Positions 9,125 to 19,782 of a DNA stretch of 64,000 nucleotides are shown here, in pieces. Each line of letters opens with the position of its first letter. Position 1 is the first letter of the stretch. The stretch covers positions 12,777 through 76,776 of the forward strand of contig CAZUHV010000003.1 of assembly GCA_964620965.1 (NCBI GenBank), in the 5' to 3' direction. This DNA is from an uncultured Pseudomonadales bacterium (GTDB taxonomy: Bacteria; Patescibacteriota; Microgenomatia; UBA1400; PJMF01). Below the pieces are notes generated by a model. That model had not been told where the DNA came from. It searched no databases and saw only the letters and a program-made list of their open reading frames with translations. The position numbers were made by a program, and so were the translations under genes.

Positions 9125-11458
9125 CTATAAATTGCTTCTGCTCTGAATTTCCGCCTCAACAACATCTCTATCTTTACCATACTTGAGTCTTGAAAGCTCT
9201 TTAATCATTTCCGCTTGTTTAGGATTCATACGTGCATTGATAGAATCCATGTCTTTAAGTAACGACATACTAAATGGAGGAACTGGCTCATTCTTAACAA
9301 TCGTCTTTATATACACATGAAATTTCTCGATATTTGTTAAGTCACCTTCATTGAAAGTTGGCGAGAACTCATGTTGCAAAAAGTTCGCATCTGGAACACC
9401 AACACGAAAGGCAATCATAGTACCAACGTTACCAAACACAGCATTCTTCACCTCTTCATCAATCTGACTCACAAACTGATTTGCAACAATCAAATTAAGA
9501 CGATATTTACGAGCCTCAGACAAAATAACAGCGAAGTCCTCTGTTGCATAGTTCTGGAACTCGTCGACATACAAATAAAAGTCTTTACGATCTGCCATAG
9601 CCATATCTTGACGCGCCATAGCAGCAGTAAGCACTTTCGGAACAAGGATCAAACCTAAAAATTTAGCATCTTCTTCTCCAAGAATACCTTTTGAAAGGTT
9701 ACATAAAATAATTTTTTGTTCGTCCATTGCTTTTCTAATATTAAACGCACTTTCTGGCTGACCAATAATGTTACGCATTGTTTTATTCGTAACAAATCGA
9801 CCAAACTTAGAAACAATGTAGTCCAAAACCTCAGACTTGTGAAAGTCGGAAGTTTGAGCAATCTGGTCTGTCCAGTATCTTCGAACAACTGGGTCTTTTA
9901 CTAAAGGAAGCATCTCATCAACATATTTACTATCGGTTAAAATACGCACCAACTCAATAAAAGTACTGCCTTTTTTGTACATGATAGTAAGCATTGCATT
10001 ACGAATTGCATGCTCAAAACGAGGACCAATAATACCAGTTCTGTGCGGATCATACAGCTTGTACATCAATCCAATAATAGAACCTACAACAAAGTGGCGC
10101 TGTTCTTCGGAATCAGCTTCCATCATGTTTAAACCCATTGGACGATCCAAATCTGAAGGATTAAAGTAAATCACATCATCTGCACGCTCAGGTGGCATTA
10201 ATTGCAAGATATCTTCAATAAACTCACCATGTGGGTCAATTGCACAAACACCTTTGCCATTTTCAATATCTTGCAGAATCATCTCTTTAAGAAACTCAGA
10301 CTTACCTGTACCCGTTTTTCCAATAATGTACATGTGTCTTCTTCTATCATCTTCTCCAATAAAGACTTCACGAACCTCTCCTCTATAGGTAGATTTTCCA
10401 AGATGTAGTCCTTCTTTAGGAATTTTGTTAGGAGCAGGAGCATTTTTTGCGTTCAGCCAACGAATGTGATGCGTTTCAACAGTTTTGTTTGGTAAATGAA
10501 AAATAGTTGCAAGCTCTTCGGTATTAAGAACAAACGTGTCCTTATTAAACATTGGCATATATCGATACAAAAAGTCGATCATAAAAAGATGTTTAAAAAA
10601 TATCAGTTTTGTCTGCTTAAATGAGTTATATGCACCTGTAAACTGAGCAAATGCACCTTTTATATTGTTCAAGTGTGAATCTGCAATATATTCTTCTTTT
10701 GCTGATACAACAACTCTAATTGAAACTCTAAAACCTGGTTTCTCAGCCTTTTGACCAATGACTTCCATCTCTTTTGGATCATGAGAATATGTCGCCTTAT
10801 TTGGGTCAGCCTCACGTTTCTTTTGTGATGAAACATATGACCTACCTTGATTCTGCCATCTTTTTCCTTCTGGTTGCATCAAAATTTGCAAAATCGCACC
10901 CTCACCAGGACCCATTTTAGAAAGTGCAGAAGTAATAGCATTTAAACCATCCACCGGTAAATCTTTGTATGTTTTAATTGGATAATACGAGGCTCTATCT
11001 AAAGATAGCGAAGTAAATGCAACTTTACCCTTTTTGTTAAAAATATTAACTTCGTCGACTTCTTTAATCTCTGCATTTGGATATGACCCATGAATCTGTT
11101 TTTCTACTAAATCACGAATTCTTCGAGGGCAGTTCAGATAAAACGCAATATCTTCTTCAAGTGCAACAATTTCTAAAGAAAACAGATCCTCAGCCTTTGT
11201 GAATGCAAAAAACCCTGTTTTTTTGAGCGAATATAGACCGGCAAACATCTGTTCTGCTGAGTCAATCTTTGTCTCATTGTCTTTTGGAACTCTGATAAGC
11301 AATGTGACAAATTCAAGTGCAGTGTTTTCTTTGTTTCTATATTTATATTTTTGAAACAACATGTAACAAAAAACAATAAAGATCGCTAAAAGAAGCAATA
11401 ATAGTATTGCTGAACTAAAATACTGAACTGCTATAGCAAAAAAATCCTGTTCAAGCAT
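9125..11458 (-). CDS. VirD4/TrwB/HerA-like (type IV coupling-protein-like) ATPase with N-terminal TM
   Basis: RRRHMYIIGKTGTGKS (Walker A), IDPHG, LYVDEFQN (Walker B), EARKYRL, ANQF. Confidence 0.85.
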   Translation of the reverse strand: MLEQDFFAIAVQYFSSAILLLLLLAIFIVFCYMLFQKYKYRNKENTALEFVTLLIRVPKDNETKIDSAEQMFAGLYSLKKTGFFAFTKAEDLFSLEIVALEEDIAFYLNCPRRIRDLVEKQIHGSYPNAEIKEVDEVNIFNKKGKVAFTSLSLDRASYYPIKTYKDLPVDGLNAITSALSKMGPGEGAILQILMQPEGKRWQNQGRSYVSSQKKREADPNKATYSHDPKEMEVIGQKAEKPGFRVSIRVVVSAKEEYIADSHLNNIKGAFAQFTGAYNSFKQTKLIFFKHLFMIDFLYRYMPMFNKDTFVLNTEELATIFHLPNKTVETHHIRWLNAKNAPAPNKIPKEGLHLGKSTYRGEVREVFIGEDDRRRHMYIIGKTGTGKSEFLKEMILQDIENGKGVCAIDPHGEFIEDILQLMPPERADDVIYFNPSDLDRPMGLNMMEADSEEQRHFVVGSIIGLMYKLYDPHRTGIIGPRFEHAIRNAMLTIMYKKGSTFIELVRILTDSKYVDEMLPLVKDPVVRRYWTDQIAQTSDFHKSEVLDYIVSKFGRFVTNKTMRNIIGQPESAFNIRKAMDEQKIILCNLSKGILGEEDAKFLGLILVPKVLTAAMARQDMAMADRKDFYLYVDEFQNYATEDFAVILSEARKYRLNLIVANQFVSQIDEEVKNAVFGNVGTMIAFRVGVPDANFLQHEFSPTFNEGDLTNIEKFHVYIKTIVKNEPVPPFSMSLLKDMDSINARMNPKQAEMIKELSRLKYGKDRDVVEAEIQSRSNL

Positions 11459-12089
11459 TATTTTCTTCCTGTTTATAGATTACTTTTCCAGTAAACATTC
11501 TAATAATCTTATGGCTAAACTCAACTAACCACCTAAAACTGTATTTTGGAGATTTTTTTGCACCTTCTTGTTCTTCTGCTTCCGTAATAGGCAAAACAAT
11601 AACAGGCCTACTTGGATATTGATTTGTAGGTACTTCACTAGTGCCATCTGCAATTACAACCTCTGTTGGAGCAGTATCGTGATGATCTTCGACCCGTTGC
11701 AAAAAGCTCTCAACTTCTACTGGAATCTCTGGATTTTTTTCTGTTTCGATTGCTTGAATTCCACCACCGGCATCTATAATCTGAGCATCTGCAGATTTAC
11801 CTGTTTCCACACGCTCTTTTGCAGTTCTGGCTCCACCTTGTTGTGGATTCAGTGTATCTGTTGCTTGATCAACAGCCTGAACAACTCCATGTGGAACTGT
11901 GTTTTGAATTTCATCCAAAACAGACTCAAACGTATCTAGTTTTTGAGTAGTATCATCTGTCTGAGTTGGATCACTAATAACTTGCCCCCGTTGAGCTTGA
12001 GAAATCTTCGAACCACTAAAAAGCTGGCTCACTCCAGAGAGAACTTGTCCTTTTTGAACTTGTTGTTGATTTTGGGTTTGGTCGTTCAT
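11451..12089 (-). CDS. Hypothetical protein
   Basis: 212-aa ORF overlapping the ATPase start; Gln-rich N-terminus; C-terminal SFRWLVE..KII motif. Confidence 0.7.
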   Translation of the reverse strand: MNDQTQNQQQVQKGQVLSGVSQLFSGSKISQAQRGQVISDPTQTDDTTQKLDTFESVLDEIQNTVPHGVVQAVDQATDTLNPQQGGARTAKERVETGKSADAQIIDAGGGIQAIETEKNPEIPVEVESFLQRVEDHHDTAPTEVVIADGTSEVPTNQYPSRPVIVLPITEAEEQEGAKKSPKYSFRWLVEFSHKIIRMFTGKVIYKQEENNA

Positions 12090-12112
12090 TAGCTAGTACA
12101 ATCATAGCATTT

Positions 12113-12685
12113 TTATTGCACTAATTGAACTACATCACCAGGTTGTATATTGAATTTTTCTGCATCACCAGCATTGACTTCTAAAACCATATCAGCATCT
12201 TGATTTGGAGAGTATGTTTCTAATCGATTGTCTGGCGTATCCTGTGGAGGTTTAGGAACATTTTTTGAAATTGCGACTACAATATTATTGTTTATCCAGA
12301 TCATGTCTAAGTCAAACTGCATGTCTTTCATCCAAAAGTATCGGTTTTCGCTTGTTGGAAAAATAAAAAGCATGCCTTCTGCACCGATTTCACTTCGCCC
12401 TGATAAACCCTGAGTAGTTGAATGAGCTGTATTTACAACTTCCACTGTAAGGATTCTTTCTTCTGGTATTGCTGTAAGTAGTTCTTCTGCGTCTGTTGCC
12501 TCTGCTATTTGCAGGGCTTCTAATTCTTTATTTGAGTTAAAAACGATTTCTACAATCTCTCTATCTTGCAAATCAGAAAAACGTCTTTGCTCTTCATCAA
12601 AAAGTGAGTTGCCATTTTTTTGTAAAATAAAATAACAAGTTATAGAAATCGCTAGCAAGAATATAAAAATAACTTTTTTAATCAT
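12113..12685 (-). CDS. DUF192 family protein
   Basis: GLSGR...GMLFIF...FWMKDM.FDLDMIWI...VLEVNAG. Confidence 0.9.
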   Translation of the reverse strand: MIKKVIFIFLLAISITCYFILQKNGNSLFDEEQRRFSDLQDREIVEIVFNSNKELEALQIAEATDAEELLTAIPEERILTVEVVNTAHSTTQGLSGRSEIGAEGMLFIFPTSENRYFWMKDMQFDLDMIWINNNIVVAISKNVPKPPQDTPDNRLETYSPNQDADMVLEVNAGDAEKFNIQPGDVVQLVQ

Positions 12686-13500
12686 GTTTTTGTATTATAC
12701 GAAATAATTCTTTCAAACCATATGTGGAAATATTTATGAAATAAATACAAAAAACAAACTAGAGCAATCCCCAGTAAAAATAACTGGTTAAAACCCAGTA
12801 AACCAAATAATACAACTTGTTTATCCAATCTTAAAAAGTCAAGAAAAAAACGAAGCAACGAATAATAAAAAACATAGCTAGTAAAAAGCTTTCCTGTACC
12901 AATTTTTGGGAGCCTTGATTTTTTTAAAAGCAAATAAACCATACTTGCAAAAATACCTGTGCCAATCATTTCATAAAAAAACAGTGGATGATAATAGGAA
13001 AACTGCTGATAACTAGGTAACCGATGCTCAGAATCTATATATATTTTAAAAAACCCGTTTGTTGGAGACCCATATAACTCTTGGTTAAAATAATTTCCCC
13101 AACGTCCAATTGCCTGCCCAACAGGTAATCCAAAAATCGTATAATCTAGAAGTTTCAAAATTTCTTGTTTCTTTTTTTGTAACTCAATTTTTCGCAATTC
13201 TTGAAACAAAAAAAATGAAAAAACTAAACCAAACACTCCTCCAATTACTCCTCCAATAATACTTAAACCTCCATTCCAAATTTGTAGTGTCCCCATTAAG
13301 TTCTCTTCATATAAATGGTAATCTGTGATAACATGCCACAAACGCGCCCCTAGAACTGCAAACAAAAAAGAAAGTAAAGCAACTTTGCTAAAAAATTTCT
13401 GTAAGAGAGGCTCTTTTTCTGTTTGCTTTTCTATAAGTGAAAAACCAACAACTAAGGCGACTCCGATTATCAAACCATACAAATTAAATTGTAATAACAT
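12682..13500 (-). CDS. lgt: Prolipoprotein diacylglyceryl transferase
   Basis: YGL, GARLWHV, IWNGGLSIIGG, GQAIGRWGNYFNQELYG, HPLFFYE, RFFLDFLR. Confidence 0.93.
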   Translation of the reverse strand: MLLQFNLYGLIIGVALVVGFSLIEKQTEKEPLLQKFFSKVALLSFLFAVLGARLWHVITDYHLYEENLMGTLQIWNGGLSIIGGVIGGVFGLVFSFFLFQELRKIELQKKKQEILKLLDYTIFGLPVGQAIGRWGNYFNQELYGSPTNGFFKIYIDSEHRLPSYQQFSYYHPLFFYEMIGTGIFASMVYLLLKKSRLPKIGTGKLFTSYVFYYSLLRFFLDFLRLDKQVVLFGLLGFNQLFLLGIALVCFLYLFHKYFHIWFERIISYNTKT

Positions 13501-13980
13501 TTATCTTCCTAAGAAAATAACTAAAAATGCAAATAAAACTGTTGCTGCAATAAAAACTGTAGTAAAAATGGCATGTTCATCTTGAGTAATGTCACGCTTT
13601 AACTGAGACAAATACCTTTTCTGAAATCCTTGCAAATTATTTCTAAAACTAAAAAATTCAAGTGAAAGAATCGAGATAATTCCCAAAAACATTCCAACTC
13701 CCATTGCACTTCCCGTAGAAGTCAACAAAAATAGTCCAAGTGGCGGGAGTGAAAGTAAAAATAAAAATGAACGTGTGACTAACCTTTTTTCCTCTGGATC
13801 ATAATACTTATAAGCATACTTTTCGTCAGCTTCTAAAAGCGCCATACCTAAAAAAATACCAACACTAAAAAATAAGACACTAAAATAGTTAACTGCCTTA
13901 CCAAAATACGCAGAAACTAAAAATAAAACTGACAAGCTAATTAAAATACCGATTTTTCCGAACAAATTATTCTTTTGCAT
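13501..13980 (-). CDS. Hypothetical membrane protein
   Basis: Several hydrophobic helices; tightly packed in the operon. Confidence 0.7.
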   Translation of the reverse strand: MQKNNLFGKIGILISLSVLFLVSAYFGKAVNYFSVLFFSVGIFLGMALLEADEKYAYKYYDPEEKRLVTRSFLFLLSLPPLGLFLLTSTGSAMGVGMFLGIISILSLEFFSFRNNLQGFQKRYLSQLKRDITQDEHAIFTTVFIAATVLFAFLVIFLGR

Positions 13981-15127
13981 ATTTGTATTGTATTATCTTT
14001 CGAACTGAATTATCAACAAAAGGTTTAAATACCGGATTCGTATCATATTCAGTAACTAAACTAGAAACAATTGCTTGCAAATCTTCTTGAGTAACGGACT
14101 GTCCGTACAAGAGCACATCATTTCCTGCCAAAACTGCTTCTTTAGAAATCGTTGCCAAATCCTTTGGCACTTTTGGATTTTCTATATCATATGCCGCTGC
14201 TGCCATCTCTAGAGCATCAGTAAATACAAGCACATTTGGATATGCTTTATTAAGCTCTGAAACACAATATGGACTGACAGAACAAGGAATATCTTTATCT
14301 TGTGTTATTACTCCGGCATGTGAAGTCATAACTCCAATTTTTTCATTTTGATCAATTATATATTTATACAACTTTACATCATTTTCTAGAACATCTACAA
14401 AATCAAAGCTTGTGTGTAAGTCTTTTGTAGTCAAACCAATGCCAGGAAAATGTTTTAGAACCGGAAGAACTCCAATTCTACTAAATATAGTTGTAAAGTC
14501 CATTCCTCTATCTGCAACAATTGGGTATGAAGTTGTTGAACAAACTCTATCTTTTAAAATTTTATTGTTGCCAACGTCAACTACTGGTCCTAAAACAACA
14601 TCAACCCCGGCATCCTTGAGTTCATACGCACTCCTTTTGAGCTCTGCTTGTCTTTCTTTTTGGTCAAGTTCACAAATTTTTTGCCAAGAATCAAGTTGTG
14701 AAAATCCTTCGCCAGAAAGTCTTTGCACACTGCCTCCCTCATGGTCAACTGCAATCCAGGGTTCCAAACCATAAACTACGTTCTTTTTGAGTTGAGTAAT
14801 CGTGCTTGTTGCACGATTCATTGATATCTCAGTTCCAAATAAAGTGAAAAAACCATATTTTATTTCTGGCACTGTTGCAAGTTCTTCTGAATCCATGTCA
14901 ATAACATATGGTGCAGCAATCATTTGTAATATTTTTTCTTGAGTAGTTAGTGAAGCAAAAATATCCGTATTAGTTTTTTTTGTTTCATCCATTGCCATTT
15001 GATTTTCTGAATCTGTTATACGCTCCGATTCAGGAATTTCAAAAGGACGATACACATAGTTGTAACCCAATATTACAGTTGCAATTAAAAGTAAAACTAT
15101 AAAAAAGTACTGTCTTATTTTTTTCAT
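13967..15127 (-). CDS. nagZ: GH3 beta-N-acetylhexosaminidase, membrane-anchored
   Basis: AVDHEGGSVQRL, GPVVDV, KHFPGIG...DLH, FTDALEM; N-terminal TM. Confidence 0.85.
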   Translation of the reverse strand: MKKIRQYFFIVLLLIATVILGYNYVYRPFEIPESERITDSENQMAMDETKKTNTDIFASLTTQEKILQMIAAPYVIDMDSEELATVPEIKYGFFTLFGTEISMNRATSTITQLKKNVVYGLEPWIAVDHEGGSVQRLSGEGFSQLDSWQKICELDQKERQAELKRSAYELKDAGVDVVLGPVVDVGNNKILKDRVCSTTSYPIVADRGMDFTTIFSRIGVLPVLKHFPGIGLTTKDLHTSFDFVDVLENDVKLYKYIIDQNEKIGVMTSHAGVITQDKDIPCSVSPYCVSELNKAYPNVLVFTDALEMAAAAYDIENPKVPKDLATISKEAVLAGNDVLLYGQSVTQEDLQAIVSSLVTEYDTNPVFKPFVDNSVRKIIQYKYAKE

Positions 15128-15426
15128 TTTTTCTTTTCTGCGTTAATCTGCTTTACTTTCCACATAAATAATTTTGCTTTACTTTTCGCATTGTTTGCAT
15201 CCTTAACAAATGACAGAGATCTTTCTAAGACTGCTCTATCAACTGTTTTCGCCATTTTAATGTATAAACTTTTATGCTTCAAGTCGTTAAGCTCTACGGC
15301 CAATCTATATCCAAAGTCTTGAAATTCCTGAGTAATATATCCACCCTTATCATCAAGTTGGTACGAAGCAAATAAATCTCCCATGTTCTGAAATGATTGC
15401 TTCTTCTTTTTTGTATCATCTGTCAT
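15124..15426 (-). CDS. Hypothetical protein
   Basis: 100-aa ORF overlapping both neighbours; EFQDFGYRLA...LFMWK. Confidence 0.7.
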   Translation of the reverse strand: MTDDTKKKKQSFQNMGDLFASYQLDDKGGYITQEFQDFGYRLAVELNDLKHKSLYIKMAKTVDRAVLERSLSFVKDANNAKSKAKLFMWKVKQINAEKKK

Positions 15427-16645
15427 ATTTTGAATCTTTCATTAATAGACCGACTAAAACACCAAAACTTGCAAGAACATAGAGCGATTTCCATCCCGAA
15501 AAGAAAATAAAAAATAGCCCAACACAAGACCAAAATATAACAGTTGCAATATTCAAAGTCATTTCTCTGTAAATAAAAAACGAATCTGCAGAATGGCCCT
15601 TACCTCGCTTCATGAACATCGTATCAAAATAGACGTTATACACATTCGAAATTAACTTATCAAACATATCTATAAAAGCGATTCCCCAAGTAGTTACAAC
15701 TTGAGTTCTCAGTACAGTAATTATGGATAGAAAACCACCTGAAAGGTAAAATGGCTTCTTACTTTTTTTGTGATGATCAAAATAGTTACCAGCAAAATAT
15801 GTAAAAAGTAGAGCTAAAAAGAGCGACGCAGTATACAAATATCCAACTTTGTCTATTGAACCCAATAGCAGAAAAATGTAAAGTGGCCACAGATAAATTG
15901 CTGCATCATACACATATTTTCCAGCAAAAGATGCACTTAAAGTAATAAACCGAGTTTCTTTAATCCAACTAAAAAATTCTTTATATGAAACTGAGTTTTT
16001 GACAGTATCTATATCCATATGCATCGCCAAAAAACTTGAAATTAAAGTAAGTACTAATCCAATTAAAAACAATACTTCTATACCTGCTAAATATGCAATT
16101 ACACCACTCACTGCAGGGGAAACAACTGCAACTATCTGTAAAAGTGTATACAAAAATCCGACATCTTTACCCATATTACTCTTTTTGGAAATTTTACTTA
16201 AAATGGAATAGTAACCGCCCCAAAACAGTTGTGCATTTATAGCATCTAACAAAGCTGCTGGTATCAAAAATAGTGCAGAATTTCTTGCAAAAAACATTAG
16301 CATAAAGTATAAGGCTCTTAGCAAAAATGAAAAAACAAAACTTTTTTGATATCCAATTTTTCTAAAAACTATACCACTTGGAACACCCATCAAAAAGCTT
16401 ACTATCCCAACAACTATGTAATAAAATGCCAAAGTAAGCATCCCTGTTTGGAATGATGTGAACGGTAAAAATTGCAGATGAACAGTAGTAGACCCAACAC
16501 TAAACAAAAACACTGGCAAAAAAAACATTGCCATTTTATTAACAAGATCTCTAATAACTCTGATTCCATAAAGCAATCTAAAATTCTTTGAATCATCAAA
16601 AGTAATATGAGGCAAATGAAGGTGGTAATCCTTAATTCTAAACAT
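15416..16645 (-). CDS. MFS transporter
   Basis: About 12 hydrophobic segments in two halves. Confidence 0.8.
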   Translation of the reverse strand: MFRIKDYHLHLPHITFDDSKNFRLLYGIRVIRDLVNKMAMFFLPVFLFSVGSTTVHLQFLPFTSFQTGMLTLAFYYIVVGIVSFLMGVPSGIVFRKIGYQKSFVFSFLLRALYFMLMFFARNSALFLIPAALLDAINAQLFWGGYYSILSKISKKSNMGKDVGFLYTLLQIVAVVSPAVSGVIAYLAGIEVLFLIGLVLTLISSFLAMHMDIDTVKNSVSYKEFFSWIKETRFITLSASFAGKYVYDAAIYLWPLYIFLLLGSIDKVGYLYTASLFLALLFTYFAGNYFDHHKKSKKPFYLSGGFLSIITVLRTQVVTTWGIAFIDMFDKLISNVYNVYFDTMFMKRGKGHSADSFFIYREMTLNIATVIFWSCVGLFFIFFSGWKSLYVLASFGVLVGLLMKDSKYDR

Positions 16646-16652
16646 AAAAAAC

Positions 16653-17198
16653 CTAAACTCTTTGTATCAACTCTTTTACAACATCTATCTTGACTCTGTT
16701 AAAAACTTCCATCTCTTCTGGAGAAAATTTTTCTAACACATATGTTTGTGGAGGAAGCGTTCTATCACCTTCTCTGGTATCTACACCAACCCTTATATGC
16801 CAAAAATTTTGAGTTCCTAAGTTTTGGTATAAAGAAAGCAATCCATTGTGTCCTTTTGGGCCAATTCCATACTGAATCTTAAAAGTACCAAGTGGAATAT
16901 CTAAATCATCATGCACCACGAAAAGGTTATGATATTCACCTGTTTTTTTTGCTTCAACATCCATTTTATAAAATGAAAGAATACTCTGAACTGCTCTACC
17001 AGAATCATTCATAAAGGTCTGGGGTTTCACAAAAATTGCATCCTTAACTTTGCAAGTATCAGAAAAAACTTTTTTATTATGAGTAAACTCTGGGCATTCC
17101 AGAACTTTGCTTAAGTTGTCTAGAACCATAAATCCCGCATTATGTCTGGTAAGTTCATACCTACTACCTGGATTACCTAAGCCAACAAAAATATTCAT
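16653..17198 (-). CDS. pth: Peptidyl-tRNA hydrolase
   Basis: VGLGNPG..Y..TRHNAGF, KPQTFMNDSG, VHDDLD, GHNGL. Confidence 0.97.
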   Translation of the reverse strand: MNIFVGLGNPGSRYELTRHNAGFMVLDNLSKVLECPEFTHNKKVFSDTCKVKDAIFVKPQTFMNDSGRAVQSILSFYKMDVEAKKTGEYHNLFVVHDDLDIPLGTFKIQYGIGPKGHNGLLSLYQNLGTQNFWHIRVGVDTREGDRTLPPQTYVLEKFSPEEMEVFNRVKIDVVKELIQRV

Positions 17199-17240
17199 GT
17201 CTTCTATTGTAGCAGTGTCTTGATATAATTACAGCCAGTT

Positions 17241-18104
17241 ATGCAAAACAAACTATTTTTTTCTATTGTGATTCCAACGTTAAACGAAGAAAACTATTTA
17301 CCATTACTTCTTGAGGACCTTGCAGATCAAACATATACTGACTTTGAAGTTATTCATGTTGACGGAAGCTCAGAAGATCAAACAGTTAAAAAAGCAAAAT
17401 CATTTGAAAAAAAACTTAATCTTTCCACTTACACTACCGACATTAGAAATGTGAGCCATCAAAGAAATATCGGAATAGAAAAATCAAAGGGCAAGTGGAT
17501 TATTTTTATGGATGCAGATAATAGACTTCCTAAATATTTTCTTGATGGAGTCAGATACCGACTAGCACAAAATCCAAAAACCAGTATTTTTACCACTTGG
17601 TTGCAAATTGATAAAGAGAAAACTCTTAATAAACCTATAGAAAGAACACTTAACTATAGTTTGGAACTTGGAAGAATCGCCGGTAAAGAATGGTCTTTTG
17701 GAGCTTTGATCGGTGTGAAAAAAGAAATACTAAAAGACACATCTTCTCAGTTTGATAAAAGTCAAAAGGTTGGTGAAGATGGAATTTTTGTTAAAAATTT
17801 GGTAGCAAAAGGACATGTATTTAGTGTTTTTAGAGATCCAAAATACACCTACTCTGTTCGAAGATTCGATGCCGAAGGCACAATCCAAATGGCAAGAAAA
17901 GGTGCTCTTATTGCACTTAACTATCTGCAAGGAAAAGACTTTTCAGAAAATGATTTCGGTTACAAAATGGACGGAGGTAGTGCCTATAACAAACACCCAT
18001 TTTTAAGTTATTACGGAATTCAATCATTTGTAAAAAGTGCTACAAAAAACCAAATCGAACAAGCAAAAAAATTATTTAAAAGCCTAACCGATTTTGATTT
18101 CTAG
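17241..18104 (+). CDS. Glycosyltransferase family 2
   Basis: SIVIPTLNEE, VDGSSED, RNIG, FMDAD. Confidence 0.93.
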   Translation: MQNKLFFSIVIPTLNEENYLPLLLEDLADQTYTDFEVIHVDGSSEDQTVKKAKSFEKKLNLSTYTTDIRNVSHQRNIGIEKSKGKWIIFMDADNRLPKYFLDGVRYRLAQNPKTSIFTTWLQIDKEKTLNKPIERTLNYSLELGRIAGKEWSFGALIGVKKEILKDTSSQFDKSQKVGEDGIFVKNLVAKGHVFSVFRDPKYTYSVRRFDAEGTIQMARKGALIALNYLQGKDFSENDFGYKMDGGSAYNKHPFLSYYGIQSFVKSATKNQIEQAKKLFKSLTDFDF

Positions 18105-18176
18105 TTTGATTATCTCTGTAATTATTTTTCACTTTCAGATATGTAAATCCAAATAAAACTTGGTTTACCGCTAGAC

Positions 18177-18998
18177 TCAAGTTTCTATAAAGTCTAATAT
18201 ATCTTGTGCAACATATCCAACAGAAGAAAACAAAAATAAGTGATCTCCTTCTGGGTACTCTATGAGCTTTGAGTCTTTGATATTCTCGTGAATTGTTTTT
18301 GACCACTTAGTTGGAAATATTTTATCTTTATTTCCAGAAAGTATTAATGTTGGAACGGCAATATTTTTTACCTCTTCTAATAAGTCATAGTTCAAAACAT
18401 ATGAAAGAACCTGTCCATAACTTGCAACAGAAGTATGCGCAATATCATTAAAAATTCTTGGCCAATAAAAATCGCCTGTACCCAAATATTGCCTATGATT
18501 TATTCTACCTTCCATTTTCATGGTAGGAAGCATTTTTTCAAGAATAATTGCTAAATATTTTACAAATTTTGAAAATCCAATGTCTTTAAATAGTGGATAT
18601 GTTATTGGAGTGGAATTTATCAATACTAGTTTTTCCAAACCTTGAGGATTTCCTATAGCAATACTTTGCGCTGTTAGACCACCCAAACAGTGACCAATCA
18701 AAATATAACTCCCAATTTTTTCTGTTTTTAGTATTTCTAAAACATCATTTCCTAGAACGGTAAAATCATAGGAATCTCTTTGTTGCACAGTACTAGACAG
18801 ACCATGACCTCTCAGATCTATTCCTATCGATCTGTAGCCTAAATCAGCAAAATAAACTCTGTAGTCTTCGAATGCTGCTAAATCACCCCCAAGACCATGT
18901 AAAAAGACTAATACTGGTTTTTGTGTATTATTTTGAGTAGTATCACTGTAAGAAATAATTATTTCATCTGTGATTTTGTGTTTTTTTTCTATAAACAT
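18177..18998 (-). CDS. Alpha/beta hydrolase with GHCLG nucleophile elbow
   Basis: FLHGLGG, DLRGHGLS, GHCLGG, GNKD, GDH. Start moved to ATG 18998 to remove the overlap with the next GT2. Confidence 0.9.
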   Translation of the reverse strand: MFIEKKHKITDEIIISYSDTTQNNTQKPVLVFLHGLGGDLAAFEDYRVYFADLGYRSIGIDLRGHGLSSTVQQRDSYDFTVLGNDVLEILKTEKIGSYILIGHCLGGLTAQSIAIGNPQGLEKLVLINSTPITYPLFKDIGFSKFVKYLAIILEKMLPTMKMEGRINHRQYLGTGDFYWPRIFNDIAHTSVASYGQVLSYVLNYDLLEEVKNIAVPTLILSGNKDKIFPTKWSKTIHENIKDSKLIEYPEGDHLFLFSSVGYVAQDILDFIET

Positions 18999-19034
18999 AT
19001 CGAATCCTGGTGAGAATATATTATACAAAGTTAT

Positions 19035-19781
19035 ATGCAAAAATACTTCAGTATTATTATTCCAACACTTAATGAGGAAAAAAATCTTCCAGTTCTACTA
19101 ACTGATCTTAAAAACCAAACATTTATAGACTTTGAAGTAATACATGTTGATGGACAATCAGAAGATAAAACAACTCAAGTTACACAACAATTTTCAGAAA
19201 AAATAGATATAAAAACTGTAACGGCAACAAAAAGAAATGTTTGTTATCAAAGAAATTTGGGATCACAACATGCTACAGGAAAATGGCTTATTTTTATGGA
19301 TGCTGACGTACAAATAAAAAGTACTTTTTTATCGGAAATTCATAAAAAACTTTCTCTTAAAAACCACGATATTTTTATTACTTTTTATGATCCAAATATC
19401 AACAAAATAAAATACAAAATACTAACAAGTTTTATAAATTTTTTAACTTTTTTTTCTCAAAAGTCAGAGCTTCCTTTTGTTACAGAGTCAGTATTTGGGA
19501 TTAAATCAGAAATTTATAGAAAACTTGGTGGTTTTGATGAAACCATTAAAGTAAATGAAGGAAAATTCTTTGTCAATATAGCAAGAAAACAAGGCTACAC
19601 ATTTAGTATTTTTAGAACACCAAAATATCTTAATTCCATGCGAAGAGCAGAAAAAATGGGATTGTTACAGATGCTCAAGAACAACTTCGTTCTTGCATCA
19701 AAAATAATTGCAGGAAAACAAATGAAAGCTGAAGACGTTAAAGATTTATATAAAATGGATGGTGGATCCTCTTATAAATAA
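19035..19781 (+). CDS. Glycosyltransferase family 2 (paralogue of 17241..18104)
   Basis: SIIIPTLNEE, DFEVIHVDG, FMDAD, GGFDE; shares the C-terminal YKMDGGS. Confidence 0.93.
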   Translation: MQKYFSIIIPTLNEEKNLPVLLTDLKNQTFIDFEVIHVDGQSEDKTTQVTQQFSEKIDIKTVTATKRNVCYQRNLGSQHATGKWLIFMDADVQIKSTFLSEIHKKLSLKNHDIFITFYDPNINKIKYKILTSFINFLTFFSQKSELPFVTESVFGIKSEIYRKLGGFDETIKVNEGKFFVNIARKQGYTFSIFRTPKYLNSMRRAEKMGLLQMLKNNFVLASKIIAGKQMKAEDVKDLYKMDGGSSYK

Positions 19782-19782
19782 T

